64,000 bases of DNA from Spirochaetales bacterium (lineage in GTDB: Bacteria; Spirochaetota; Spirochaetia; DSM-27196; SLST01): assembly GCA_046538735.1 (NCBI GenBank), contig JBKHII010000002.1, positions 23,235-87,234 of the forward strand. Direction: 5' to 3'. The translations under genes were made by a program, and so were the position numbers. This document shows, piece after piece, positions 24,777-33,676 of the stretch. The notes under the pieces are model-generated. The model saw only the letters and a list, made by a program, of their open reading frames with translations, ran no database searches and had not been told where the DNA came from. Position 1 is the stretch's first letter; each line of letters begins with the position of its first letter.

Positions 24777-26595
24777 GGTCACGATCAACGGACGCGAGCT
24801 CGTCGTGGAGCCAGGTGCGACGATCCTGGAGGCGGCCAAGGGAGCCGGTATCCATATTCCAACGCTTTGCCACCTCGAGCATCACGCCCCGCAGGGAGCG
24901 TGCCGCGTTTGCGTGGTAGAGGTAGAGGGCGCGCGCACGCTCCAGGCGGCGTGCGCGACACCGGTGCGAGACGGCATGATCGTGAAGACGAACAGCGCGC
25001 GCGTGCGCGCCGCCCGGAAGACGGTCGTGGACCTGCTCCTGAGCGAGCACGAGGGGAACTGCCAGTACTGCGATCGGAGCGTCGACTGCGAGCTTCAGGA
25101 CCTCGCGTACTCGCTGGGTGTGGACGCGCCCCGCTACACGGGCGAGAAGCCGGCCGTGCTGTTTGACCGGAGCACGCCGGCGCTCGAGCGCGACAGCGGC
25201 AAGTGCATCAAGTGCCGCCGGTGCGTGACCGCGTGCAACGACGTTCAGCAGGTGGGCGCACTCTTCCCGCAGTACCGGGGCTACCAGACGCTCGTCGCGC
25301 CTGCCTTCGCCTCGGACCTCGCAGACGTCGCCTGCGTGCAGTGCGGCCAGTGCGCGGCGGTCTGCCCCGTGGGCGCGATCTCGGAGCGCAGCCACATCGA
25401 GCAGGTTTGGCGCGCGCTCGAAGATCCCGATCGCCACGTCGTCGTGCAGACCGCACCTGCCGTTCGGGCCGCGCTCGGAGAGTGCTTCGGGAACGATCCC
25501 GGCACGCTCGTCACCGGCAAGATGGTGAGCGCGCTCCGCGAGCTCGGTTTCAACGCCGTGTTCGACACAAACTTCACCGCCGACCTCACGATCATGGAGG
25601 AGGGCACCGAGCTGTTGATGCGCCTCAAGCAGGCGCTCGTGGGAGACGCGGCGACCCCGGGTGACGCATCCTCCGCGGCGGACGCGCACGGCGCCGACCA
25701 CGCCTTCGGCCCGCTGCCGCAGTTCACGAGCTGTTCGCCGGGCTGGATCAAGTTCGCCGAGCACTTCTTCCCGGAGTACCTCCCGAACGTATCGACCTGC
25801 AAGTCGCCGCAGCAGATGTTCGGCGCGCTTGCGAAGACGTACTACGCGGAGACCGCCGGCGTGGATCCGAACAAGATGGTCGTGGTTTCGATCATGCCGT
25901 GCACCGCCAAGAAGTTCGAGGCGGTGCGCGACGAGATGACCGACAGCGGCTTCCAGGACGTGGATTACGTACTCACGACGAGAGAGCTCGGGCGCATGGT
26001 CCACTCTGCCGGTATCGACTTCAACGCGCTTCCGGACGGCGAGATGGACGCGCCCATGGGCTTCTCCAGCGGCGCGGCGGACATCTTCGCGAACACCGGC
26101 GGCGTCATGGAGGCGGCGCTCCGGACGGCGTGGGAGATCGTGACCGGCAAGGAGCTCCCGCTCGAGGGACTCCACGTGAAGCCCGTCGTCGGGCTCGAAG
26201 GAATCAAGGAAGCCTCGCTCGTCGTCTCCGATCCGCTGCCGGAGTGGTCGTTCCTGGACGAGGTCGAGCTCAAGGTGGCCGTCGCGCACGGGCTCGGCAA
26301 TGCGGCGAAGCTGATCGAGGAGATCAAGGCAGGCCGACGCGCGTATCACTTCGTGGAGATCATGACCTGTCCCGGAGGATGCATCGGCGGCGGCGGCCAG
26401 CCGCGAATGACGACGGACGATGTGCGGCGGGCCCGGATCGATGCGATCTACCGCGAAGACGAGGGAAAGCCGGTGCGCAAGTCGCACCTCAACCCGCAGA
26501 TCGCCGAGATCTACGAGAAGTACCTGGGCAAGCCGCTCGGCGACCGCTCGCACCACCTGCTCCACACGGAGTACGTGGCGCGCTCGCGAGTGTAG
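24769..26595 (+). CDS. hydA: [FeFe]-hydrogenase catalytic subunit (M3 architecture)
   Basis: N-terminal 2Fe-2S (CRVC), His-ligated cluster (HEGNCQYC...C), 2x CxxCxxCxxxC. H-domain motifs FTSCSPGW (L1 variant), MPCTAKKFE (L2), EIMTCPGGCIGGGGQP (L3). 8-nt overlap with the upstream gene. Confidence 0.92.
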   Translation: MHKVTINGRELVVEPGATILEAAKGAGIHIPTLCHLEHHAPQGACRVCVVEVEGARTLQAACATPVRDGMIVKTNSARVRAARKTVVDLLLSEHEGNCQYCDRSVDCELQDLAYSLGVDAPRYTGEKPAVLFDRSTPALERDSGKCIKCRRCVTACNDVQQVGALFPQYRGYQTLVAPAFASDLADVACVQCGQCAAVCPVGAISERSHIEQVWRALEDPDRHVVVQTAPAVRAALGECFGNDPGTLVTGKMVSALRELGFNAVFDTNFTADLTIMEEGTELLMRLKQALVGDAATPGDASSAADAHGADHAFGPLPQFTSCSPGWIKFAEHFFPEYLPNVSTCKSPQQMFGALAKTYYAETAGVDPNKMVVVSIMPCTAKKFEAVRDEMTDSGFQDVDYVLTTRELGRMVHSAGIDFNALPDGEMDAPMGFSSGAADIFANTGGVMEAALRTAWEIVTGKELPLEGLHVKPVVGLEGIKEASLVVSDPLPEWSFLDEVELKVAVAHGLGNAAKLIEEIKAGRRAYHFVEIMTCPGGCIGGGGQPRMTTDDVRRARIDAIYREDEGKPVRKSHLNPQIAEIYEKYLGKPLGDRSHHLLHTEYVARSRV

Positions 26596-26612
26596 ACCGA
26601 AGCGGGGGCCGT

Positions 26613-26639
26613 CCGTCGCCGCACTCGCTGCGGCGACGG
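26613..26639. terminator. GC-rich hairpin between convergent hydA and the GH13 gene
   Basis: CCGTCGCCGCA-ctcgc-TGCGGCGACGG, an 11-bp stem in the 73-nt gap between two convergent stops. No U-tract on either side. Confidence 0.45.
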
Positions 26640-26668
26640 GCCGCGACGGCGCCCGCGCGCGTCGTCCA

Positions 26669-28051
26669 TCACGCCTCGCGCCGAAGAATCCTCGAACCGA
26701 ATCCCGGCACGTCCAGCACGGGCGAGCCGGCGCCGAGCTCCACCTGCTCACCACCGTACAGGCAGCGGTACGAACCGGCGTACTCGGCAGACAACGACAC
26801 CGTGATCGGTTCGGGATCGGCGTTCACGGCGACGAGCACGCGCTCCGCCGTGCCGCCGAACGCGAACCGCTCGAACACGAGCGAGCCGCTCGCCACGGCA
26901 ATCTGACGGTACGCTCCCGAACGCAACGCCTCGCTGGTCCCGCGCACCGCATTGAGCTCGCGGATGTAGCGCGCAAGCGCCCGCCCCCGATCGTGGTGAC
27001 GCGCCTGCTCGATCGCAGCCTTCCGCGGCCGGAGCTCATGATCCCCGTCGTGCTTCCGCCCCTCCATTCCGTACTCGCTGCCGTAGTAGACGGAAGGGAT
27101 CCCGGGCATCGTCCACAGCAGCGCGTACGCCGGATACACGTGCTCGTACGTGGTGAGCTTGGTCGCGAGGCGGCTCACGTCGTGGTTGTCCGCGAAGTTG
27201 AGCGGTGCATGACCGCGCCGCAGCGCGGGCTCGAGCAGCCCGCCGTCGCCGAAGAGCCGGTTCAGCGAGTAGCCGATCTCGTGCATGTTGTGGTCGTTGA
27301 ACGACGACCAGAGTCCCTTGTAGCACTCGTAGTTCGTGATGCCGTGCAGGCGTCCGTCCCGGACGAAGGCTGGATAGTCGCCGTGGATCACCTCCCCTAC
27401 GAGCCGGACGTCCGGCTTCTTCTCGCGCAGACGGTGCGAGAGCTCGTCCAGGAAGTCGAGCGGCAGCGAGTAGGCGACGTCCAGGCGGATCCCATCCACG
27501 CCGTAGCGATCGAGCGCGTGTCCGGCCGCCTCAAACAGGTGCTCGCGAACGGCGGGCTGCGAGTGGTCGAGCGCGACGAGCTCGTCGACTCCCTCCCAGC
27601 CCTCGTAGACGAATCCGTCGCCGAAGCGGTTGTCGCGCGTAAAATCGACGCCGCGAAACCAGCTCCGGTACTCGGAGGCCTCCCCGCCCCTTCGGAGCCG
27701 CTCGAACGCCCGGAAGCCGCGCCCCACGTGGTTGTAGACTCCGTCCAGGACGACCCGAATGCCGCGCTCGTGCGCCGCGCGTACGAGCGCGGCGAGATCG
27801 TCGTCCGTTCCGAGCCTGCGATCGACCGAGAAGTAGTCGTGCGTGTCGTAACCGTGCGAGCCCGACTCGAAGACCGGGCTCAGGTAGAGCGCGGAAAAGC
27901 CGAGATCCGCGATTCGCTCCAGGTCGGACGCGATGAGCTCGATCCGGGAGGTCGGCGCGGACGTTCCGTCGTTCACTCGAGGGGCATCGCAGTAGCCGAG
28001 GGGATAGATGGAGTAGAAGGTGGCGTCCTGCCACCACGCAGTCGTCGTCAT
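26669..28051 (-). CDS. GH13 alpha-amylase-family glycosidase (cytoplasmic)
   Basis: WWQDATFYSIYP, DGVYNHVG, GIRLDVAYSL, LVGEVIHG, FADNHDVSR: conserved regions I-IV of GH13. No signal peptide. Confidence 0.9.
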   Translation of the reverse strand: MTTTAWWQDATFYSIYPLGYCDAPRVNDGTSAPTSRIELIASDLERIADLGFSALYLSPVFESGSHGYDTHDYFSVDRRLGTDDDLAALVRAAHERGIRVVLDGVYNHVGRGFRAFERLRRGGEASEYRSWFRGVDFTRDNRFGDGFVYEGWEGVDELVALDHSQPAVREHLFEAAGHALDRYGVDGIRLDVAYSLPLDFLDELSHRLREKKPDVRLVGEVIHGDYPAFVRDGRLHGITNYECYKGLWSSFNDHNMHEIGYSLNRLFGDGGLLEPALRRGHAPLNFADNHDVSRLATKLTTYEHVYPAYALLWTMPGIPSVYYGSEYGMEGRKHDGDHELRPRKAAIEQARHHDRGRALARYIRELNAVRGTSEALRSGAYRQIAVASGSLVFERFAFGGTAERVLVAVNADPEPITVSLSAEYAGSYRCLYGGEQVELGAGSPVLDVPGFGSRILRREA

Positions 28052-28078
28052 TGAGAACCGTCCTTCCTGTCCTGGTCG

Positions 28079-28645
28079 CTACGAGTAGATGCCGTAGCTG
28101 AACTGCCGCATGATCTCGTGCGCACGGGTCGGATCGTGCCCGAGCTTATTCTCGAGTCGCAGCACGGCGTAGGCGAACACCACGCCGAGGAGCGACACCG
28201 TGTACTCACGCTCGCGTCCGCGCATGTTTCCGTGATCGCCGGACGCCGCGAGAAAGAACTGCTCGACCTCGCGCGAAAGGCGATCCCACACCGGCAAGAG
28301 TGCCCCGCGCGCCTCGCTCGCGACCGGGCCGTTCTGGGCAGCGAGCAGCAGCCTCGCCTCGATCGGGTACCGCTCGCTGAAGGCGAGCAGCCGCTCGATC
28401 AGGCGCTCGAGGTCGCGAGGCGCGTCTCCGTCGTAGGCGGCCGCATCGCCGATCGTCTCGAACAGGCAGGTCGCCACCCGTCCCGCGATGTCGGTGAGCA
28501 CGCCGCGCTTGTTCCCGAAGTGGTGGTAGAGCGTCGGCTTGGTCAGGCCGGATTGCTCAACGATCTCCTGGACGCTCACCGCGTCGTATCCGCGAGCGAC
28601 GAACAATTCCATGGCCGTGCGTGCGAGCCGTTCCCGTGCTTCCAC
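28079..28645 (-). CDS. TetR/AcrR-family transcriptional regulator
   Basis: ARERLARTAMELFVARGYDAVSVQEIVEQSGLTKPTLYHHFGNKRGVL. Start taken at GTG 28645, because upstream in-frame starts would overlap the divergent PEBP gene. Confidence 0.85.
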   Translation of the reverse strand: MEARERLARTAMELFVARGYDAVSVQEIVEQSGLTKPTLYHHFGNKRGVLTDIAGRVATCLFETIGDAAAYDGDAPRDLERLIERLLAFSERYPIEARLLLAAQNGPVASEARGALLPVWDRLSREVEQFFLAASGDHGNMRGREREYTVSLLGVVFAYAVLRLENKLGHDPTRAHEIMRQFSYGIYS

Positions 28646-28652
28646 GCGAGAT

Positions 28653-28672
28653 AGTATACCGCTCGGTATACT
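28653..28672. promoter_or_regulatory. candidate TetR operator: perfect 9-bp inverted repeat AGTATACCG-ct-CGGTATACT
   Basis: Located in the 103-nt divergent gap between the TetR gene (GTG 28645) and the PEBP gene (ATG 28749). Each half contains a TATACT -10-like hexamer, one per strand. Confidence 0.5.
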
Positions 28673-28748
28673 GCGAGTCAAACGTCGGTTTTTCTTTTGC
28701 TCCCAAGACCCGTATGCTGAGTATGTGGGAGACGACGAGGAGGGAATC

Positions 28749-29219
28749 ATGGCTATGGAGACGATCACGGTCGAGAGCGGCGCATTCGAGCACCAGGGCC
28801 CGATCCCGGCAAAGTACACGTGCGACGGGGCGAACGCTTCGCCGGCCCTCTCGTGGACCGGGGCGCCGGAGGCAACGAAGAGCTACGCGCTCATCGTGGA
28901 CGACCCGGACGCGCCAGGCAAGACGTTCGTGCACTGGGTCTACTACGATATCCCGGAGTCGGTAGCGTCGCTTCCGGAGGGAGTGCCTGCGGTCGATCGC
29001 CCGTCGCAGGGCGGCACCCAAGGCGTGAACGACTTCGGAAAGGCCGGGTTCGGCGGGCCATGTCCGCCGGGAGGCACGCATCGCTACTTCTTCAAGGTCT
29101 ACGCGCTCGACACCCGGCTCGGATTGGTGGCGGGAGCGACGAAACAAGAAGTAGTCACGGCGATGGAGACGCACGTCCTGGCCCAGGGGACGCTCATGGG
29201 GACCTACGGACGGAAGTAG
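28749..29219 (+). CDS. YbhB/YbcL-family PEBP (Raf-kinase-inhibitor-like) protein
   Basis: IPAKYTCDGANASPALSW, ALIVDDPDAP, FVHWVYYDIP, GPCPPGGTHRYFFKVYALD. GAGGAGG Shine-Dalgarno. Confidence 0.9.
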   Translation: MAMETITVESGAFEHQGPIPAKYTCDGANASPALSWTGAPEATKSYALIVDDPDAPGKTFVHWVYYDIPESVASLPEGVPAVDRPSQGGTQGVNDFGKAGFGGPCPPGGTHRYFFKVYALDTRLGLVAGATKQEVVTAMETHVLAQGTLMGTYGRK

Positions 29220-29311
29220 GCCTGAGCTCCGGGCGTCGGTTTCGGGCGCCGCGCCCCGGTGATGCTGAGAAAACAGTTTGAAAACTCACGTGAGCACGCG
29301 ATATACTCGGA

Positions 29312-30157
29312 GTGCACGTGACGACGCAACAGGTTCCAGCCACACCACGTGAATGCACCAATGAGCTACGGGACTCCGCGCACGCGAACACACTCGGCTT
29401 CCGGTTCGCGCTCCTCATTCCCCTCGTGATGCTCTTCCTGACGAGCGGATGTGCCACGCCGGCGGGCCAGTGGACACCCGGCCCGAGCGGCGAACGCTCA
29501 GACATCGGACCATTCGGCACCGCTGGTCCGGCCGAGGTCGGAACGCCCGAACGCGACAACGCTGAATCCGAGCGGCCCCTCCGGACCGACCAAACGGACG
29601 CACGCTACACCGAGAGACAGGAACGGATTGTGCGTGCCGCGCACGAGATTCTCCGTACGCAGGACTTCGTCGTGGACGGGTACCGATACTCGTACGACTG
29701 CACCGGCACGATTCTCGCGATCTACGCGATGGCCGGGATCCGACTTGTGGACCTCTTCCCGAACTACGCCGGCAACGGCGTGCGCCGGCTCTACGGCATC
29801 GCGGACGACTATGAGCTCCTGTACCACACGGAGTTACCGCAGCCCGGAGACCTCATCTTCTGGGACAACACGTACGACAAGAACGGCGACACGCAGTGGA
29901 ACGACTGGCTCACCCACGTGGGCCTCGTCCTTTCGGTCGACTCGGACGGGACGATCGAGTACCTGCACCACCACTACACCGAGGGCGTCGTCACCGCGCG
30001 CATGAACCTCACCAACCCACAGACCTACATGACGAGCGACGGCGTCATCGTGAACTCACCCATGCGAATGCGCAGCCATCGATACCTCAACCCGGACGAG
30101 TGGCTCTCCAGCCAGCTCTATCGCGAGTTGGGAGCGATGCACAAGATCCAGTTGTAG
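29312..30157 (+). CDS. NlpC/P60 (C40) family peptidase lipoprotein
   Basis: Signal peptide with lipobox LFLTSGC. Catalytic-Cys context YSYDCTGTILAIY and THVGLVLS...HH. GTG start, exact position uncertain. Confidence 0.7.
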   Translation: MHVTTQQVPATPRECTNELRDSAHANTLGFRFALLIPLVMLFLTSGCATPAGQWTPGPSGERSDIGPFGTAGPAEVGTPERDNAESERPLRTDQTDARYTERQERIVRAAHEILRTQDFVVDGYRYSYDCTGTILAIYAMAGIRLVDLFPNYAGNGVRRLYGIADDYELLYHTELPQPGDLIFWDNTYDKNGDTQWNDWLTHVGLVLSVDSDGTIEYLHHHYTEGVVTARMNLTNPQTYMTSDGVIVNSPMRMRSHRYLNPDEWLSSQLYRELGAMHKIQL

Positions 30158-30187
30158 ACGTGGGCCGACGGTCGCTCGACGCAGCGA

Positions 30188-31234
30188 CTAGGGAAGTCGC
30201 TGCGAGTGCCTCGGCTCGAACTCCGCGTGCTTGAACGTGTCCGGGAACTGCGTGTCCATCCAGTCCTTCGGATACCCGTGCCTCATCGGCATCGCTTCCG
30301 TGAGCCGATCGCGGAGCTCCGCGGGTAGATCGTAGTCGCCGGCAACGAGATTGTCCTTGATCTGCTCGACCGTCCGCGCGCCGGCGATGGGAGCCGTAAC
30401 CCGATGGTCGCCGAGGAGCCACGAAAGCGCGACCTGAGCGGGGCTCTTCCCGACCTCCTCGGCTACCGCCACGACTTCGTCCACGAGCCCGAGCGCCTCA
30501 TCCCACCAGTAGCGCGGAAGGTAGACCTGCGAGTTCTTCCCGAAGCGGGAGTTCGGATCGGGCTTCTCCTGATCCCGGTACTTGCCGGTCAGCAATCCGC
30601 TGCCCAGCGGGCTCCAGCAGAGCATCCCCATCCCCTGATCGTCGCATGCGGGCAGAATCTCGCGCTCGATGTCGCGACGTACGAGGTTGTAGAGGTGCTG
30701 TCCCGATATGAACCGCGGACCCCCGAGCTGCTCGCTCGTCATGTTCGCCTTTACTATCTGCCAGCCGTAGAGATTGCTGCAGCCGATGTAGCGAACCTTG
30801 CCGCTCTGCACGAGCCCGGACAACGCGTCCATCGTCTCCTCAACCGGTGTGTAGGGGTCGGGACCGTGAATCTGGTAGAGATCGATGTAGTCGAGGCCCA
30901 TGCGGGCGAGGCTCGCGTCGCAGGCCTCCTCGATGTGCTTGCGCGACAGCGCGCGCGCGTTCGGCGTGTCCCCGGTGGGAAACCAGCACTTGCTTGCGAT
31001 CACGAGCTCGTCCCGCTTCTTGTCGGCGATCGCCTTACCGAGCATCTCCTCCGAGACCCCGGAGCTGTAGAGGTCGGCGGTATCGATGAAGTTCCCGCCC
31101 GCGTCCAGGAAGGCTTCGACGATCGCAGTCGAGGTCGCCTGATCGCAGCCCCACTCCTTGTTGCCGAACGTCATCGTTCCCAGGCAGACTCGCGACACGA
31201 GCAGACCGGAACGTCCGAGATATCTGTACTTCAT
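30188..31234 (-). CDS. aldo/keto reductase
   Basis: MKYRYLGRSGLLVSRVCLGTMTFG, IDTADLYSSG, SNLYGWQ, and a C-terminal IAGARTVEQIKDNL. Confidence 0.9.
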   Translation of the reverse strand: MKYRYLGRSGLLVSRVCLGTMTFGNKEWGCDQATSTAIVEAFLDAGGNFIDTADLYSSGVSEEMLGKAIADKKRDELVIASKCWFPTGDTPNARALSRKHIEEACDASLARMGLDYIDLYQIHGPDPYTPVEETMDALSGLVQSGKVRYIGCSNLYGWQIVKANMTSEQLGGPRFISGQHLYNLVRRDIEREILPACDDQGMGMLCWSPLGSGLLTGKYRDQEKPDPNSRFGKNSQVYLPRYWWDEALGLVDEVVAVAEEVGKSPAQVALSWLLGDHRVTAPIAGARTVEQIKDNLVAGDYDLPAELRDRLTEAMPMRHGYPKDWMDTQFPDTFKHAEFEPRHSQRLP

Positions 31235-31308
31235 GCTATCCCCTTTTGAAGAGGATACTCACTCTCGCCGGGAGCGTCGAGAAACGCGGCGTGGCCGCGG
31301 TCGCGGGG

Positions 31309-32634
31309 TTACCCCCGGTACCGCAGCCACTTCACAATCTCGCCGAACGAGAATCGTTTGCCGGTCATGAGAATGCCGACGCGGAAAATCTTCGCCGCGA
31401 GCATCGCCACGAGCGCGATCGTGCCGAGCAGGAGCCCAAGGCAAAGCGCAACCTCCCAGATCGCGGGAGAGCCGATCAGAAGCCGCTGGAACATCACGAT
31501 CGGCGAGGTCAACGGGAAGATCGAGAGGATCTGGGGCAGCGTGCCGTCCGGGTTCGAAGTCGTCGCACCGATCATGACCATCGGTATGACGAGGAAGAAG
31601 ATGACCGGCCACGCCAGCTGGCTCATGTGCTGCTCGTCTTCGGAGGCGGCTCCGAATGCCGCGTAGATCGTGGAGTAGAGGAAGAACGCCAAGAGGAAGA
31701 ACCCCACGAGATAGAAGTAGTTCGTCTGGCCCCCGGCGAGCGAGATCTGGATGTTGAACATCGGCCCGAGAACCTGAAGGAACAGCACCGCCATTCCGAT
31801 CCAGATCGCGTACTGGAGCAGACTCGCGACCGCCTTTCCCGCGATCTTGCCAACGAGGAGCTCCCGCGGGCTCATCGACGAGAGCATGATCTCCACCGTC
31901 TTGGACGTTTTCTCGCGCAGGACGGACGTGCCGATCGACTGCCCATAGAGCAGGATCGTCATGTAGAGCAGGAAGGTGAACGCCAGCGTCGTGAACATGA
32001 CGCTCATCACGTCCTGCGTCTCTTCCCTGCCCTCGGCGTCTATGCGACGCACATCCAGACTCGGCGGTCTCGTCAGACTCTGCACCCGCTGCGCATCGAA
32101 TCCCGCCTCGGAGAGCCTGCGCGCGACGATCGCCTGCCCGATCACGCCTTCGAGCGTGCCGATCAACTGGAAGTTCGTACCGCCGGAGGTCACGTAGCGC
32201 AGCGTATCGACTTCGGTGACGTTGTTGGGCAGCACGACGTAGCCGTCCAGCCGGTCGGTACGAAGCGCCTCGCGCAGCAGCTGCTCGGTCGCGTCGGTGT
32301 CTGCCGACGCGGCGGTCGCGCTCGCACCGAGCTCGGCCGGGTCAACGAGCTGCACGGCGGAACTCTCGAACGCGGGCTCGAGCGCCGCCTGGAGATCGGC
32401 ATTGCCCACGAGCGCGACGCGACTCGGATCGCCGCCACCGGCGTCTCCCATCGCGAGAAGCGACGGCAAGATGCTCATCGCGACGATGAGGAACGGCCCA
32501 ATGATCGTGATGACAACGAATGCCTTGTTCGCGGCCGTCAGCCGGAACTCCATCCCTGCCACCCGCAGCATCTTCTTCGTAAAGGTCCGCGCTCCGGGGG
32601 TCCTCGGCGCGCGCACCTGACTACCGTTACTCAT
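31309..32634 (-). CDS. ABC-2 permease, NatB-like (Na+/unknown-substrate exporter)
   Basis: N-terminal TM, a large extracytoplasmic loop, then five C-terminal TMs. The ATG at 32634 overlaps the ATPase gene's 3' end by 8 nt. Confidence 0.8.
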   Translation of the reverse strand: MSNGSQVRAPRTPGARTFTKKMLRVAGMEFRLTAANKAFVVITIIGPFLIVAMSILPSLLAMGDAGGGDPSRVALVGNADLQAALEPAFESSAVQLVDPAELGASATAASADTDATEQLLREALRTDRLDGYVVLPNNVTEVDTLRYVTSGGTNFQLIGTLEGVIGQAIVARRLSEAGFDAQRVQSLTRPPSLDVRRIDAEGREETQDVMSVMFTTLAFTFLLYMTILLYGQSIGTSVLREKTSKTVEIMLSSMSPRELLVGKIAGKAVASLLQYAIWIGMAVLFLQVLGPMFNIQISLAGGQTNYFYLVGFFLLAFFLYSTIYAAFGAASEDEQHMSQLAWPVIFFLVIPMVMIGATTSNPDGTLPQILSIFPLTSPIVMFQRLLIGSPAIWEVALCLGLLLGTIALVAMLAAKIFRVGILMTGKRFSFGEIVKWLRYRG

Positions 32635-33544
32635 TGACGGCCTCCTCCTCGTCCGGCGTCCCGCCGAGCTCATCTACGAAGATCTTGTGCAGCGACGGTA
32701 GAACCACCTCGAATCGGCGCACCGATACTTTGCCGGCCAGCGCCACGAATACCTCGTCCGGCGCGTGACCGTCCTCGAGCTCGATCTCGACCCAGCGCGG
32801 ATAATGGATGACGCTCTTCACTGCGTCGTGTTTATTCACGAAGTCGATGTCCCCGTCGAACTCGACGACCACGCTGCGCTTCCCGTAGCGCTCCTTGATC
32901 TCCTTGAGCGGCCCCTCCACGAGCTTCCGCCCCTTGTTGAGAATGAGCACGCGGTGACAGATCCGCTCGGCCTGCTCCATGTTGTGCGTGGAGAAGAGCA
33001 GCGTCTTGCCCGCGCGGTTGAGATCGAGGATCGCCTTGCGGAGCACCTCGGTGCTCACGGGATCGAGACCCGAGAACGGCTCGTCCAGGAAGACGAAGTC
33101 GGGGTCGTGGATGATCGCACCGATGAGCTGGATCTTCTGGGCCATGCCCTTTGAGAGCTCCTCTACCTTGCGGTCCTTCCAGTCGGCCAGATCGAACCGC
33201 TTGAGCCACTCCTTCATGCGCGGCTCCGCGTCCGCGCGACTCACGTTCTTGAGCGACGCGAGGTAGAGGATCATGTCGGCTACGGTCACCTTCTTGTAGA
33301 GCCCGCGCTCCTCGGGAAGATAGCCGATACGGTTCTTGTCGTTCTCGGTGAGCGGGCTGCCCCGAAACCAGATCGTGCCGGAATCGGGACCGATGATGTT
33401 CATGATCATCCTGATGGTCGTCGACTTCCCGGCGCCGTTCGGTCCGAGCAGTCCGTAGATTTCGCCCGGTTCACTCCGGAACGAAAGCGAGTCCACCGCC
33501 TGCGTTTTTCCATACGCCTTGGAAATCTCGGTTACTTCGAGCAT
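32627..33544 (-). CDS. ABC transporter ATP-binding protein, NatA-like
   Basis: GLLGPNGAGKSTT, LSKGMAQK, FVFLDEPFSGLD, STHNM. Confidence 0.9.
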   Translation of the reverse strand: MLEVTEISKAYGKTQAVDSLSFRSEPGEIYGLLGPNGAGKSTTIRMIMNIIGPDSGTIWFRGSPLTENDKNRIGYLPEERGLYKKVTVADMILYLASLKNVSRADAEPRMKEWLKRFDLADWKDRKVEELSKGMAQKIQLIGAIIHDPDFVFLDEPFSGLDPVSTEVLRKAILDLNRAGKTLLFSTHNMEQAERICHRVLILNKGRKLVEGPLKEIKERYGKRSVVVEFDGDIDFVNKHDAVKSVIHYPRWVEIELEDGHAPDEVFVALAGKVSVRRFEVVLPSLHKIFVDELGGTPDEEEAVNE

Positions 33545-33676
33545 GGGCACTCCTTCTGAGTTGGAACAACGTACCAGAGGATCGACCGTCGCGCCAATGG
33601 TACGAACGGGCAATGGGCGGCCGTTCGTGGGAGGTGCCGAAACCCCTGAAGGTCCGGACGATGCCCTTGCTCCGAT

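Noticed and set aside
22098-24839. 913-aa ORF on the minus strand, antisense to the hydrogenase flavoprotein gene. Similar long antisense ORFs occur at 24463..26754, 1255..3156, 26420..28054, 35710..37128, 45759..47012, 52068..53375 and 57158..58618.
   Set aside because: The translations are Arg/Ala/Pro/Gly-rich with no recognisable motifs. Each lies exactly opposite a gene with clear family signatures. These are the stop-codon-poor shadow frames expected in GC-rich DNA.
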